NCBI GenBank assembly: GCA_044869275.1
Contig: JBIOXB010000218.1
Location: 1 to 50,686 of the forward strand
Length of the DNA: 50,686 bases
Direction: 5' to 3'
From: a bacterium
Lineage (GTDB): Bacteria > Zhuqueibacterota > Zhuqueibacteria > Zhuqueibacterales > Zhuqueibacteraceae
This document shows, one piece after another, positions 7,403 through 17,324 of the stretch. The notes below the pieces were generated by a model. It ran no database searches. It had not been told where the DNA came from and worked only from the letters and a program-made list of their open reading frames with translations. How positions within the stretch are numbered: the stretch's first letter is position 1; each line of letters starts with the position of its first letter. A program made the translations under genes and the position numbers.

Positions 7403-10351
7403 CTATTTTGCCAAAATCATCTTCCTGGTCGCGTTGAACTCCGGAGTGGCCAGCCGGTAAAAGTATACTCCGCTCTGCACTTTTTCTCCGCGATGATTCC
7501 TCCCATCCCAGAGCAATGCATGAGAGCCGGCGGCAAAACCGCCGTCCGCCAGCGTGCGAATCTCCGCGCCGAGGGTGTTGAAGATTTTCACCACCACCTC
7601 ACTGGCTTCCGGGAGCTGGAAGAGAATCTCGGTTTCGGGATTGAAGGGATTGGGATAGTTTTGCATAAGAGCATAGCCCTCTGGGAGCTCGGCTTCAGCG
7701 GTTTCGTCATTGCTGCCGGGCGCTTCGGTAAAGTTGTCCTTTCCGAGGCCGCCGCAGGTGCCATTGACCGTGTACACCGGGCCATTGTCAACCACAGGAT
7801 GACCGTTGAATCGAATTTTAACCTTGCTCACCGCGGTGCCAACGTTTCCACTGGGATCGCTCACATTCCAATAAATGGTATAGACCCGGCCGTTGCCGTT
7901 GCACTTGCGTTCCTTGCGCACATTGACCGATTTGCAACCGAAGAGAATCACGATATCTTTGGTCGTGTAACCGTCGCAACCGCCCGACATGTTATCCGGC
8001 TCATCGCTGGTCACCTTCGTGATGATGGCCTGACTGATTGCAATAGTACCGGCGCACCCATCTGTTATGGAAGCGATACTCATGCTCCGCGTGATGGTAG
8101 TGTATTGATGACTGTTGATGTCATACACAATCGGCGGTTTGACCCTTATGGTCGGTGGCGTGGTATCCACGACATTTACGGTGCGTGTCGCCGAAGCATT
8201 ATTGCCGCTGGCGTCAGTTGCGGTATAAGTGATCGTGTAGGCTCCGGTGACGTCGACGTTCACGGTTCCGGTGATCGCCAGCGACGAGGAAAAATTGCAG
8301 TCGTTGCTCACTTGCGCGCCGGGCTCGGTATATGAACTTGCGTGACATTCGAGCGTCATCGGATTCGCGCCATTCAAGGTGATGATGGGCGCCGTAGCCT
8401 CTGCGATCACATTCACCGTTCGGGTGGTCGAAGCGCTGTTGCCACGCGCATCGGTAGCAGTATAGGTGATGGTGTAGATTCCGGGAACGTTGGCGTCCAC
8501 GGTTCCGGTGATCACCAGGCCGGGGGAAGGATCGCATACGTCGCTCACCACCGCGCCTGGTTCGTTGTAAGGAGCGTTGCATCCCAGGATCATCGGATTC
8601 GCGCCGTTCAAGGTGATGGTGGGCGCCGTGGCATCTACTACCACATTGACCGTTCGGGTGGTCGAAGCGCTGTTGCCACGCGCATCGGTGGCGGTATAGG
8701 TGATGGTGTAGGTTCCGGAAACGTTGGGGTTCACGGTTCCGGTGATCACCAGGCTCGGAGAGGGATCGCATGCGTCGCTCACCATCGCGCCAGGCTCGGT
8801 ATATGGAGCGTTGCATTCGAGCGTCATCGGATTCACGCCGTTCAAGGTGATGATCGGTGGGGTGGTATCTCCAACAATGATCAAGACCACGTCCGTATCG
8901 GTTCCCCCGTTGCCGTCATTCACGGTCAATTCGATCGTGTGGGTGCCGAGGTCGAACTCCACCTCCGAGGTGGGAATGGTGGTTGGATCGGCAATGATAT
9001 CTCCGTTTTCGCGCCAGGTGTATGTCAACAGATCATTGTCCGGGTCGCGCGAAGCTGAGCCGTCCAAGGTGACAGCAATGATGCCCGCGGTTGAGGTGCA
9101 TGCCAGAGTTTGATCCCCGCCGGCATTCGCAATGGGGGGCAGGTTGGGAGAAGCGAAGAAGTAAGCAATGCCGCTATCCGAGAGTTCGTCGAAAGGCGTG
9201 CCAATGAGAACATTATTACCCACCGCCGCGACCGAAGATCCGAAGTTATCAGTATTATCCTGATCGGGGTTGCTTAACGTTTGAATTAAGGTGCCGGTGG
9301 TTCCATCGAGAAGATAAGCGGACCCCGCGTTGGGAACTCCCGGTGGGTCGTCCGAGGGAGTTCCGACTAAAACCAGACCGCTGCTACCAACACCCGCCAC
9401 GGACGTGCCGAACGCATCTCCGCCTAATGCGGTTGGGTTTATGAGAGTCTGGAAAAGAGCTCCCGTTGTGCCGCTAAAGAGATATACCACCCCAGCATTA
9501 GACGCGACGGCGTCATCCCCAGGTGCTGCCACCACCAGATCATTGCCAACCGCTGCCACGGCCTTACCAAATGAATCCGTAGGATTGGAAGTACTAGCGG
9601 GATTGGGATTGACTAAGGTGAATATTATACTCCCGGTAGTGCCATTAAACAAGTAGGCTGCACCGGTAACGATGTTCCCGGTGGTCTCGAATGGCGATCC
9701 TACCAAAACATTGCCGCCTACGCTGGCAATGGCTGAGCCAAATTCGTCACCCGCGTCAGGCGTGGGATTGTCAAAAGCACGAATCAAGTCGCCGCTGCTG
9801 CCATCGAACAGATAGACGGTGCCGCCGTTGTTGTCAAACGGAGCGCCGACTAACACATTGTTGCCAAGACCTGCGAGCGCAACTCCAAATTGTTCATCAT
9901 CAGCCGGAGTGGGGTCGACGAAAGTATGCAGCAGAAAGCCGGTATTACCGTCGAAAAGGTAGGCCACGCCGGCGTCAGAAATCACACCCCCCGCATCATC
10001 GAGTGCATCATCGAATGGTGCCCCGATCAAAACATTATCGCCCACCATCGCGACCGTGTAGCCAAAGAGATCATCGGCCGCATCCGCCAGGTCGGGATTG
10101 AAGAAGGTTTTCAGAGGCGCCCCAGTTGTAGCATCATAGAGATAGGCCGCACCCGCATTCGGTGCCACCGTAGCATCGTTAGGTGCCCCTACCAGCACCT
10201 TGTTGCCCGCCCCTGAAACTGAGTGTCCAAACTTGTCACCGTTTGCCGGGCTCGGGTTCGAAAACGTGTGTGTTAACCCCAGTGGTTGTGCGAGCGCCTC
10301 CCCGCCAAAAACAACCAACACGATGATAGCGGTAAGAAATAACCTTCGCAT
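7403..10351 (-). CDS. Secreted FG-GAP propeller protein with PKD-like domain, 3x DUF5011-like repeats, 'WPPNH'-like domain and FlgD/T9SS-A-like tail (paralog 3)
   Basis: Start moved to ATG 10351 (GGAGG RBS, signal peptide MRRLFLT...); same domain motifs as the paralogs. Confidence 0.9.
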   Translation of the reverse strand: MRRLFLTAIIVLVVFGGEALAQPLGLTHTFSNPSPANGDKFGHSVSGAGNKVLVGAPNDATVAPNAGAAYLYDATTGAPLKTFFNPDLADAADDLFGYTVAMVGDNVLIGAPFDDALDDAGGVISDAGVAYLFDGNTGFLLHTFVDPTPADDEQFGVALAGLGNNVLVGAPFDNNGGTVYLFDGSSGDLIRAFDNPTPDAGDEFGSAIASVGGNVLVGSPFETTGNIVTGAAYLFNGTTGSIIFTLVNPNPASTSNPTDSFGKAVAAVGNDLVVAAPGDDAVASNAGVVYLFSGTTGALFQTLINPTALGGDAFGTSVAGVGSSGLVLVGTPSDDPPGVPNAGSAYLLDGTTGTLIQTLSNPDQDNTDNFGSSVAAVGNNVLIGTPFDELSDSGIAYFFASPNLPPIANAGGDQTLACTSTAGIIAVTLDGSASRDPDNDLLTYTWRENGDIIADPTTIPTSEVEFDLGTHTIELTVNDGNGGTDTDVVLIIVGDTTPPIITLNGVNPMTLECNAPYTEPGAMVSDACDPSPSLVITGTVNPNVSGTYTITYTATDARGNSASTTRTVNVVVDATAPTITLNGANPMILGCNAPYNEPGAVVSDVCDPSPGLVITGTVDANVPGIYTITYTATDARGNSASTTRTVNVIAEATAPIITLNGANPMTLECHASSYTEPGAQVSNDCNFSSSLAITGTVNVDVTGAYTITYTATDASGNNASATRTVNVVDTTPPTIRVKPPIVYDINSHQYTTITRSMSIASITDGCAGTIAISQAIITKVTSDEPDNMSGGCDGYTTKDIVILFGCKSVNVRKERKCNGNGRVYTIYWNVSDPSGNVGTAVSKVKIRFNGHPVVDNGPVYTVNGTCGGLGKDNFTEAPGSNDETAEAELPEGYALMQNYPNPFNPETEILFQLPEASEVVVKIFNTLGAEIRTLADGGFAAGSHALLWDGRNHRGEKVQSGVYFYRLATPEFNATRKMILAK
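8172..8870 (-). repeat. Three ~234-bp intragenic tandem repeats (Ig-like stalk)
   Basis: GCC.TTCAAGGTGATG recurs at about 8369, 8603 and 8837. Confidence 0.85.
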
Positions 10352-10377
10352 AACTACCTCCTGTAGCAACTTAAGGA

Positions 10378-10708
10378 GTAAACTTTGCCCCTGCTCCACT
10401 GCAGTGGTGAAAACCCTCACAAAGCCAACCTCTATTGCAAAGGCTCATACCGCGCAGGAATGGCGGCTTGCGCTGCCGATGGGCTCGATCTGTTCGATTT
10501 GTCTTACTCTTTACAAAGATCAACCCTGCCACATATGAACGAATCATATCATTTCAGGGCGTGATTTTGCACAAGAGGTGATTAAAAGGCGGGTGCCTCG
10601 ATCAAGGGAAATGATGGCGAAAATAAGCAGACGACAACAGTGGTATCAAGGGTTTGTTTGCACTACCCTACCTACCTGCACACCATTTGATATGCAGAAA
10701 AACCTTAG
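10378..10708 (-). promoter_or_regulatory. ~330-bp leader/promoter region of paralog 3 (MITE-free copy)
   Basis: Near-identical to 6847-7176. Confidence 0.9.
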
Positions 10709-10794
10709 CTCATAACCTGCAAACAAAGGTTTTGACAACCGGTTTATAGTTTTTTCCAACGCTTGTGGCCTCATGACCTATTCTTGCGGGGCAA

Positions 10795-12672
10795 TCACGA
10801 CGGCCGGCCGGCCAGCAATAGTTTCTCGCGTTCGGTTTTGAGCGCGTTTTCCAACACTTCGATCGCGTCTGAATCTATCCGGCCTTCAGTCAAGAATTGC
10901 TGTGCCACAATGCCGTTGATCTCGTCCCGGTTCGGCACGGGCAGGTTCAGCTGCAAAACGGTTTTGAAAACCTTGAGCGCCCTTTCATCTTTGCGCCCCA
11001 GGAGCAAATACAAGCTGGCCAGCGCCGGGTACAGTTTGGTGCGCTCGGGATGCCGCGCCAATTGCCGTTCGTAAATCTGCATCGCGCCTGAATAATTGCC
11101 GCGAAACATTTGATAGCGCGCGCGCACGTTGGGAGAAAACAACGCCGCTCCGAGCAGCGGCACCACGAACAGCAGCGCCACGCCGCCTGCCCATGACCAG
11201 CCCGCGGCGCCGGCTTCTGGCGCCGCGTTTTCCTCGATGGCGGGCGACGCGCCCGCGTTAAGGCGGTTGCGCGCGTCATGCAAGCGCTGGGTCACGTCAC
11301 GGTAATTGGGCTGCAGAATTTGCAGCTTTTCGAACGCCACCACCGCGGCGAGCCAGTCTTGATGGTCCACGGCGGCCAGCGCTTGTTGATACAGGGAATC
11401 GAGATTGGCATGCGGAGTCGCAACGGGCGCTGGCGCCGCCGCGCTGCTCTGCGACAGAGTCTGCTCCACTTGCGCCAGCAGTGCCTGCAGATTGCGATAG
11501 CGCGGATTGAGGCGCTGAACTTTTTCCAGCGCGGACAGGGCCCCGCCCATGTCGTTCCGGTTCATCGCGGCGACGCCGTCGGCGTAATAACGGGCGGCAA
11601 TCGACTCCGAACTTTCACGATCCAACTCCCGCTGCGCCTCCATCAGACGCTTGCGCGCATCCTTAAATCCGGCGTCTTCGCCGACGACTTTCTCAAATGC
11701 CACAATCGCGCGCGTCCAGTCGCGCAGCTTGTAGGCGGACAGGGCCTCGGCATATGTTTCTTCCAAAAACTCGTCGCGCTGTGTCTGCGCCAGTTGCTTG
11801 CGCACCGTCTCTGCTTTCGCCGCGGCGTCTTTGTACTGCGGGTCTTGTTGCAGAATGCTCTCCAGCGTGGAGACGGCCAGGTCTAAATTGCCGTCACGCA
11901 TCTGCTTGTGCGCCTGCTCATAAAGCACGGCCAGTACGTTTTCCTTCTTGCCCGCTTCCAACGACAAGCCCAGGCTCGCCAGCCGGGTGTCGACGTCCTT
12001 GTAGCCCGGCCGCATTTGCTTGATTTGTTCGAACAGACTTTGTGCCTGCCGGAGATTGCCACTGGTTTGCGCGTCGCTGGCGGCATCATACAAGCGCTGC
12101 AGCTCGATTGCAACCTGCACTTGCAACAGCAGCGCCTCGAATTGCGCGGCATTTGCGCCACCGCTCTTCTGGCCTTCACGCAGCTCATCCAGCGCCTCCT
12201 GGTGCTTCCCCTCTTCCAAAAGAAACCGGCCCGCCTCCAGCGCAATCGTGCTGCGCATCGCCGGATCCTCCGCCAGGCTGCGCGCCTGCCGAAAGGCTTC
12301 TTCCGCCTGCGGGTTTTTGCCGTTACGGCGATAGACCGTGGCCAGCTCATACGTGACGCGCATGCGCACCTCGTCGGGCGTCGCGCCGGGCTTGGCGCTC
12401 AGCGCGCGGGCGAGATATTGTTCCGCCTGCTGGTAATCTTGTTTCTTTTTATAAGTCAAGCCGAGATTATACAGCGCTTCCACGAAATCCGGGTCGAATT
12501 CCAGGGCCTTCGCATATGCCGCGATTTTCTTGTCGGGATTCGTTTCTTGCATGCCGGCTTTGAACCAATTCACCGCTTGCGGGTTTTGCGATTGCGCCTG
12601 CGCCGGCACTCCGCACCAGCACAACCAGAGCAGAAACACCAGGGCTCGGGCAATCTTGCGATTCATTTTCAT
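10795..12672 (-). CDS. TPR-repeat protein with signal peptide, late TM helix and C-terminal TPR-like domain
   Basis: 'ALYNLGLTY..YQQAEQYLARAL' TPR motifs; hydrophobic 'WSWAGGVALLFVVPLLGAALF'; start at MKMNRK inferred. Confidence 0.85.
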   Translation of the reverse strand: MKMNRKIARALVFLLWLCWCGVPAQAQSQNPQAVNWFKAGMQETNPDKKIAAYAKALEFDPDFVEALYNLGLTYKKKQDYQQAEQYLARALSAKPGATPDEVRMRVTYELATVYRRNGKNPQAEEAFRQARSLAEDPAMRSTIALEAGRFLLEEGKHQEALDELREGQKSGGANAAQFEALLLQVQVAIELQRLYDAASDAQTSGNLRQAQSLFEQIKQMRPGYKDVDTRLASLGLSLEAGKKENVLAVLYEQAHKQMRDGNLDLAVSTLESILQQDPQYKDAAAKAETVRKQLAQTQRDEFLEETYAEALSAYKLRDWTRAIVAFEKVVGEDAGFKDARKRLMEAQRELDRESSESIAARYYADGVAAMNRNDMGGALSALEKVQRLNPRYRNLQALLAQVEQTLSQSSAAAPAPVATPHANLDSLYQQALAAVDHQDWLAAVVAFEKLQILQPNYRDVTQRLHDARNRLNAGASPAIEENAAPEAGAAGWSWAGGVALLFVVPLLGAALFSPNVRARYQMFRGNYSGAMQIYERQLARHPERTKLYPALASLYLLLGRKDERALKVFKTVLQLNLPVPNRDEINGIVAQQFLTEGRIDSDAIEVLENALKTEREKLLLAGRPS

Positions 12673-13008
12673 GTGTATTCTCCGTCCACCTCGGTTAGTG
12701 GGGATGCAAATGAGAAGATGAGGCCTGCGCGCTCGTGCCGGGTGCCCGTGCGGCATGCAGGATGCGGCATTACAGAAAATTCAAAAAACCGCTCGCGTGC
12801 GCAAGACCCCGCACCCAAGAAAGAAGCTTCTTGTTTGGAAACAAAAACACCTCCCGATTATAGCATCAGAATAAAGAGCTTGCGGAAGGAACTGAGCAAG
12901 GCGGGATTTAAACGGAGAAATCTTGGCAAATCATGCAGAAGGCAACCGGCATGTGAAGCTGCGGCTTTTTATTTGATTTTTTGCCAGGAACGCCAGGCAT
13001 GGCGCAAA

Positions 13009-14091
13009 TCAAGCACTGAAGCGAATATTGAGAATATCACCGTCTTTAACCACGTATTCCTTGCCTTCCAGGCGCAGCAGGCCTTTTTCCTTGCAGGCGT
13101 GCAGGCTCTTCTGGGCGATGAGCTCGCCATAATGCACCGTTTCCGCACGAATGAAACCACGCTCGAGATCGGAGTGGATCTCGCCCGCGGCTTGCTGCGC
13201 TTTCGTCCCGGCGCGGATGGTCCAGGCGCGGCATTCGTCTTCGCCCACCGTGAAAAAAGCGATCAAGCCGAGCAATTCATAAGACACGCGAATCAGCTTG
13301 TGCAAAGCCGGCTCGGTGATGCCCAAGTCTTGCATGAACACGGCGGCATCTTCGTCGCTCAATTCGGAAATCTCTTTTTCAATTTCCGCGCTCAAAGAGG
13401 TGAGGGCGCACTTCGGGGTCAAAAATCTCGCCAGGCCTTTTTCCTTCTCTGCCGCTTGTGGAATTTCGCTTTCCGAAATGTTGAGCACGTACAGCAACGG
13501 CTTGGCGGTAAGAAATTGATAGGTGCGCAGTAGTTTTTCTTCCTCGCCGGAAAACGCCAATTCGCGCAGCGGCTTTTCCTGCTCGAGCTGGGCCTGGCAG
13601 CGCCGCATCACTTCCAATTCGCGCTGCTCGCGCTCCAGCTTGGTTTTGAGAATCGACTTCTCCAATTTTTCCACGCGCGCCTCGACGATCGCCAAATCGC
13701 TGAGCAGAAACTCCGTTTGGATGAACTCGATGTCCTTCCCCGGGTCGATGCGGCCAAAGGGATGCGGGGAGGTTGCGTTTTCGAACGCGCGCACCATCAG
13801 CAAGATCGCGTCAACGTTTTTCATGTTCGCCAGGAACGGTGCGGGCAGGCCCTTGGGCTTTTCTTCTCCACTCTCAAAGCCTTGCACCTTGACGTATTCG
13901 ATCGTCGCGTTGACCTTCTTTTTGGGATTAAACATCGCGGTCAAGCGCTCCAGTCTTTCGTCCGGCACTTTCACGACGCCACGCTCGGCTTCATGTTTGT
14001 GATGGCCGGCCTCGACGATTTTGTGCTTGAGCAAGGTGGCGAAAATGGTGGTTTTGCCGGAATAGGGCAAGCCTGCTATGCCGATTTGCAT
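13009..14091 (-). CDS. ychF: YchF/DUF933-family protein, divergent
   Basis: GxxxxGKT, 'VKVPDERL', C-terminal 'FFTVGEDECRAWTI..AAGEIHSDLERGFIRAE..GKEYVVKDGD'. Confidence 0.85.
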   Translation of the reverse strand: MQIGIAGLPYSGKTTIFATLLKHKIVEAGHHKHEAERGVVKVPDERLERLTAMFNPKKKVNATIEYVKVQGFESGEEKPKGLPAPFLANMKNVDAILLMVRAFENATSPHPFGRIDPGKDIEFIQTEFLLSDLAIVEARVEKLEKSILKTKLEREQRELEVMRRCQAQLEQEKPLRELAFSGEEEKLLRTYQFLTAKPLLYVLNISESEIPQAAEKEKGLARFLTPKCALTSLSAEIEKEISELSDEDAAVFMQDLGITEPALHKLIRVSYELLGLIAFFTVGEDECRAWTIRAGTKAQQAAGEIHSDLERGFIRAETVHYGELIAQKSLHACKEKGLLRLEGKEYVVKDGDILNIRFSA

Positions 14092-14185
14092 GTGGTTTCT
14101 CTCTTATGAAACACAAGTTTTCCAACCCGGAACAAGTTAACGAACACCGGGAGCCAAAGTCAAGCACCGCGCCGTGAAGCCGCGA

Positions 14186-14782
14186 TTATTTTCCTCCTTT
14201 GCGCCACCGGCTGGCTGCTTCCGCGACGCGTGTTCCAAGTGCTTCGCCCTTTTCCTGGAAATAAGCCTCGACTTTTCCCGCTTGTTTTTCGGTGTCAAAT
14301 GGCCCTTCGTTGACAATGGCCGAAGCGCCGAACGGCGAGCGCCAATCCGGGCCGCCCACGATGATCATGCCAAAGATCAACATCGCGTGCAAAAGATTCA
14401 TCTGCGCCAGCTCTTCTCCCGCCGAGAACCCTCCCGCGGTCACAAACGCCGCACCGATCTTGTCGCGCAAGGGACTGCCCTCGAAGGGCCAGCCATTGAT
14501 GAATTGTTGCAGCGGCGGGGCCAGGTTGGCATTGTACACCGGGCTGCCCAAAATGATCGCATGCGCCGCGAGCACATCCTGATTCTTCACCTGGGACACG
14601 GCCACTAATTTCACCGCGACGTTTTGCACTTCACGTGCGCCTCTGGCCACGGCTTCGGCCATCACCGCCGTATGGCGGTGTTCGGAATAATAAACGATCA
14701 GCACGCGGGTCGAATCCTGGCCGCTCGAAGGTCGTGCCAACAATGCTTGCCAGAGCGCGAGAAGCGTCAATAGCTTGCTCAT
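14186..14782 (-). CDS. Flavodoxin/WrbA-like NAD(P)H-dependent flavoprotein with N-terminal signal-like segment
   Basis: 'IVYYS..HT..MAEAVARG', 'ILGSPVY', 'KIGAAFVT.G..S.G.E'. Confidence 0.85.
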   Translation of the reverse strand: MSKLLTLLALWQALLARPSSGQDSTRVLIVYYSEHRHTAVMAEAVARGAREVQNVAVKLVAVSQVKNQDVLAAHAIILGSPVYNANLAPPLQQFINGWPFEGSPLRDKIGAAFVTAGGFSAGEELAQMNLLHAMLIFGMIIVGGPDWRSPFGASAIVNEGPFDTEKQAGKVEAYFQEKGEALGTRVAEAASRWRKGGK

Positions 14783-14845
14783 GCCAAATGCCTCGTTGCG
14801 CTATCCGAGTGGGGAAAAAACTCCGTATCTGTCATGCGGCATAAA

Positions 14846-14874
14846 AGTATACTGTGTGAAAAGCGGAATGTCAA
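14846..14874 (-). promoter_or_regulatory. Sigma-70 promoter for the flavoprotein gene
   Basis: TTGACA-17 nt-TATACT on the minus strand. Confidence 0.75.
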
Positions 14875-15149
14875 GCTTGCGATTCCACGCTGGTGATTCC
14901 GGAAAATTGTGCTGCTTTATTTTCGCGGCGCAAGCAGTGCGTGCGGGTATTTTGTTGGTTGCAGCAGTGCAGCCCCCATATTTCGTCCGCTTCGTGCGGG
15001 CCCAATCCCTTGTTGTCATTCTGCCGGAATGTTGGTAAATTCAACCGCAGCGCCCATGCTTCACACGATTCAGACTGTGTGAAAAAGGCTTGGTTTCAAC
15101 GCCGGCTTAAATCGACAAGTGAACCTCCATCAGCTCAAGAGCAATCTGA

Positions 15150-16181
15150 ATGAAAAACTTTCTCATGAATTTTTGCGCCGTTCTGCTATTTGTTGTCGCC
15201 GCAACACCTACCCAGGCCCAATCCCCCGACACTTCGCAAATCGACTGGTCGCGCTATGACTACATTCCCGGGCAGCAAATCTTGTTTTATGATGATTTCA
15301 CCGCCGACCGCGAAGGCCAGCCGGCCGGTGCTTGGAGCAGCGGCCAGAGTAACAAAACCGCGGTAACCAAATTCGGCAACCAACTGTGGCTGCAAGCGCG
15401 CGAAGAGGCCACGGTTTCACCCACGGCGCTCAAGCTCACGCCGCAATTCACGCTGGAAATGGATTTTTACGTTTTGACCGAGGGCTACAGCGGCCGCTAC
15501 CGCGTCGATATGATCGGGAAAAATGCCGAAGAATGGGCTTCGCTTACGCTCGAGCCGCAGACGACTTTCTTCAGCGTGTCTTCGGGGCTGACTTATGAAA
15601 AACCCGTTGACCTGAAAACCGGCGTACATCATCTGGCGCTGCAGGTTGACGGCAGCGCCATTAAATGCTATGTCGATTTTCAACAAGTGCTCAGCCTTCC
15701 CAAAGGCAGTCCATTCGCCGCGACGAAAATCGAGGTTTTCATGCCCGGCGCCGGCGACGAGGCCAGCGACAATCACTGCCGATTCACCAACTTCTGTGTG
15801 GCGCAGGGGCCGGCGACTTTACAAAACCAATTGACGGCTTCCGGCAAGATCGTGTCATACGGCATTCATTTCGAGCGCGGCACGAACGATCTGCTTCCCA
15901 CGGCCACGCCTTCGCTCAAGCAGGTGGCCGAATTGCTGCAAGCGGACGCCACTTTGAGTTTTTCGATCGAATGCCATGACAATGAGCTGGAAGGGCAAAG
16001 TGACAACGCCAGACTATCAGAAGCCCGGGCCGAGGCGGTCAAAGAGGCTTTGATCAAACAATATCGCATCAATTCAAATCGCTTGAGCAGCAGAGGCTGG
16101 GGCGAGGGCAAACCCCTGGCCGAGCGCGAGACGGTGGATGGGCACAAAATGAACCAGCGCGTGGAGTTCATCCGGAAGTAA
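15150..16181 (+). CDS. OmpA-family C-terminal domain protein
   Basis: Signal peptide; 'N.RLSEARAEAVK..L....RL..RGWGE.KP......NQRVEF'. Confidence 0.9.
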   Translation: MKNFLMNFCAVLLFVVAATPTQAQSPDTSQIDWSRYDYIPGQQILFYDDFTADREGQPAGAWSSGQSNKTAVTKFGNQLWLQAREEATVSPTALKLTPQFTLEMDFYVLTEGYSGRYRVDMIGKNAEEWASLTLEPQTTFFSVSSGLTYEKPVDLKTGVHHLALQVDGSAIKCYVDFQQVLSLPKGSPFAATKIEVFMPGAGDEASDNHCRFTNFCVAQGPATLQNQLTASGKIVSYGIHFERGTNDLLPTATPSLKQVAELLQADATLSFSIECHDNELEGQSDNARLSEARAEAVKEALIKQYRINSNRLSSRGWGEGKPLAERETVDGHKMNQRVEFIRK

Positions 16182-16392
16182 GGAGTGCTCCATTTGGCAC
16201 AGCGCAGGAGGGAAGGCGTTCTGTGGTCGATTGCCATTCCCGAAATCAAAAAAGCGTTTGCACAGCTTCCAATTTATATTTAGTTTGATTGACAGACTCA
16301 CGCCCCCATCGTGCAATTTATTTCTTAGTGAAGGTATTTGCCGGTTAGGTTTTCATTTGCCGTTCGTAACCACTAATCGTGAGGAGGAAACC

Positions 16393-17298
16393 TTGAAGAA
16401 AATTTCGTGGTTTACGTTGGTGATCATTTGTGCGTGCCATTGCACAGCTGTTGCCCAAGAGGCCCCCAAAAAAGAAAAAAAAGAGGTGTTCGGATGGAAA
16501 GAAAATCTCGTGGGCGCGCTCAACCTTACCCAGAGCAACTATAGCAGCAACTGGACGAAAGGCGGTGAGAATTCTCTGGCGTGGAAAGGGGTACTCGCCG
16601 GCTTGGCAGAGAACAATCGCGTCAAAAACAATTGGAAAAACACGGCCAGGATCGCTTTCGGACAAATCAAACAGGGCGACCAGGGCACCAGAAAGAGTGA
16701 CGACGAAATCATCGTCGAATCCCTGCTGACCTTCAAGGTCGGCGAATATCTCAATCCCTTCGTCGCCTTCAACGGCCAAACCCAGATCGCCGAGGGCTTT
16801 CTGTACGACGCCAACGATATCGGCACGAAGGTTTCCGCTTTTTTTTCTCCGGCGTTTTTGCGGCAGAGCGCAGGCCTGGGCTATAAGCCCGTCGAAAGCT
16901 TCTTGATCCGCCTGGGATTGAGCGTGAAAGAAACCATCGTGCTCGAAGACGGAGTCATCACCTTCCCCGATCCCGCCCAGGCGCCGGTCACGTTCCGGCA
17001 ATATCACGGCAACAAAGGCAATGAAGAAGTGCGCGTGGAACCCGGTTTCGAATCTGTCGGTGACTTGAAGCTGAAGCTGCAGAGTAATCTGCTGTTCAGT
17101 TCGAAGCTGGAGCTCTTTGCCTCCTTTGGAAATCTCAACACGGTGGACTTGATTTGGGACAACTCCCTGGTCGCGCAGATCAGCAAATATCTCACTGCGA
17201 CGCTCAACGTTTATTCGTTCTACGACGAAGACATTCTGCCCGAGATGCAAATCCGGCAGACCATGGCATTTGGGCTCACTTACACGTTCTTGGAATAG
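16393..17298 (+). CDS. DUF3078-like outer-membrane beta-barrel protein
   Basis: TTG start after GAGGAGG; 'LNLTQ...SNW.KGGENS', 'RKSDDEI', C-terminal 'FGLTYTF'. Confidence 0.8.
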   Translation: MKKISWFTLVIICACHCTAVAQEAPKKEKKEVFGWKENLVGALNLTQSNYSSNWTKGGENSLAWKGVLAGLAENNRVKNNWKNTARIAFGQIKQGDQGTRKSDDEIIVESLLTFKVGEYLNPFVAFNGQTQIAEGFLYDANDIGTKVSAFFSPAFLRQSAGLGYKPVESFLIRLGLSVKETIVLEDGVITFPDPAQAPVTFRQYHGNKGNEEVRVEPGFESVGDLKLKLQSNLLFSSKLELFASFGNLNTVDLIWDNSLVAQISKYLTATLNVYSFYDEDILPEMQIRQTMAFGLTYTFLE

Positions 17299-17324
17299 TT
17301 CAGGTTTTTCAAGAGGAGGAGTTC

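Noticed and set aside
176..7680. Similar 3' ends of the FG-GAP genes as DGR template/variable repeats
   Set aside because: Differences are not adenine-specific, all copies are coding, and there is no reverse transcriptase in the window
10371..10547. 58-aa upstream ORF (MIRSYVAG...) in the leader of paralog 3
   Set aside because: The near-identical leader of paralog 2 lacks the ATG and has an in-frame TGA, and paralog 1 has indels
11908..13533. 541-aa plus-strand ORF and many other long antisense ORFs
   Set aside because: Shadow frames of well-supported genes in GC-rich DNA with no recognisable motifs
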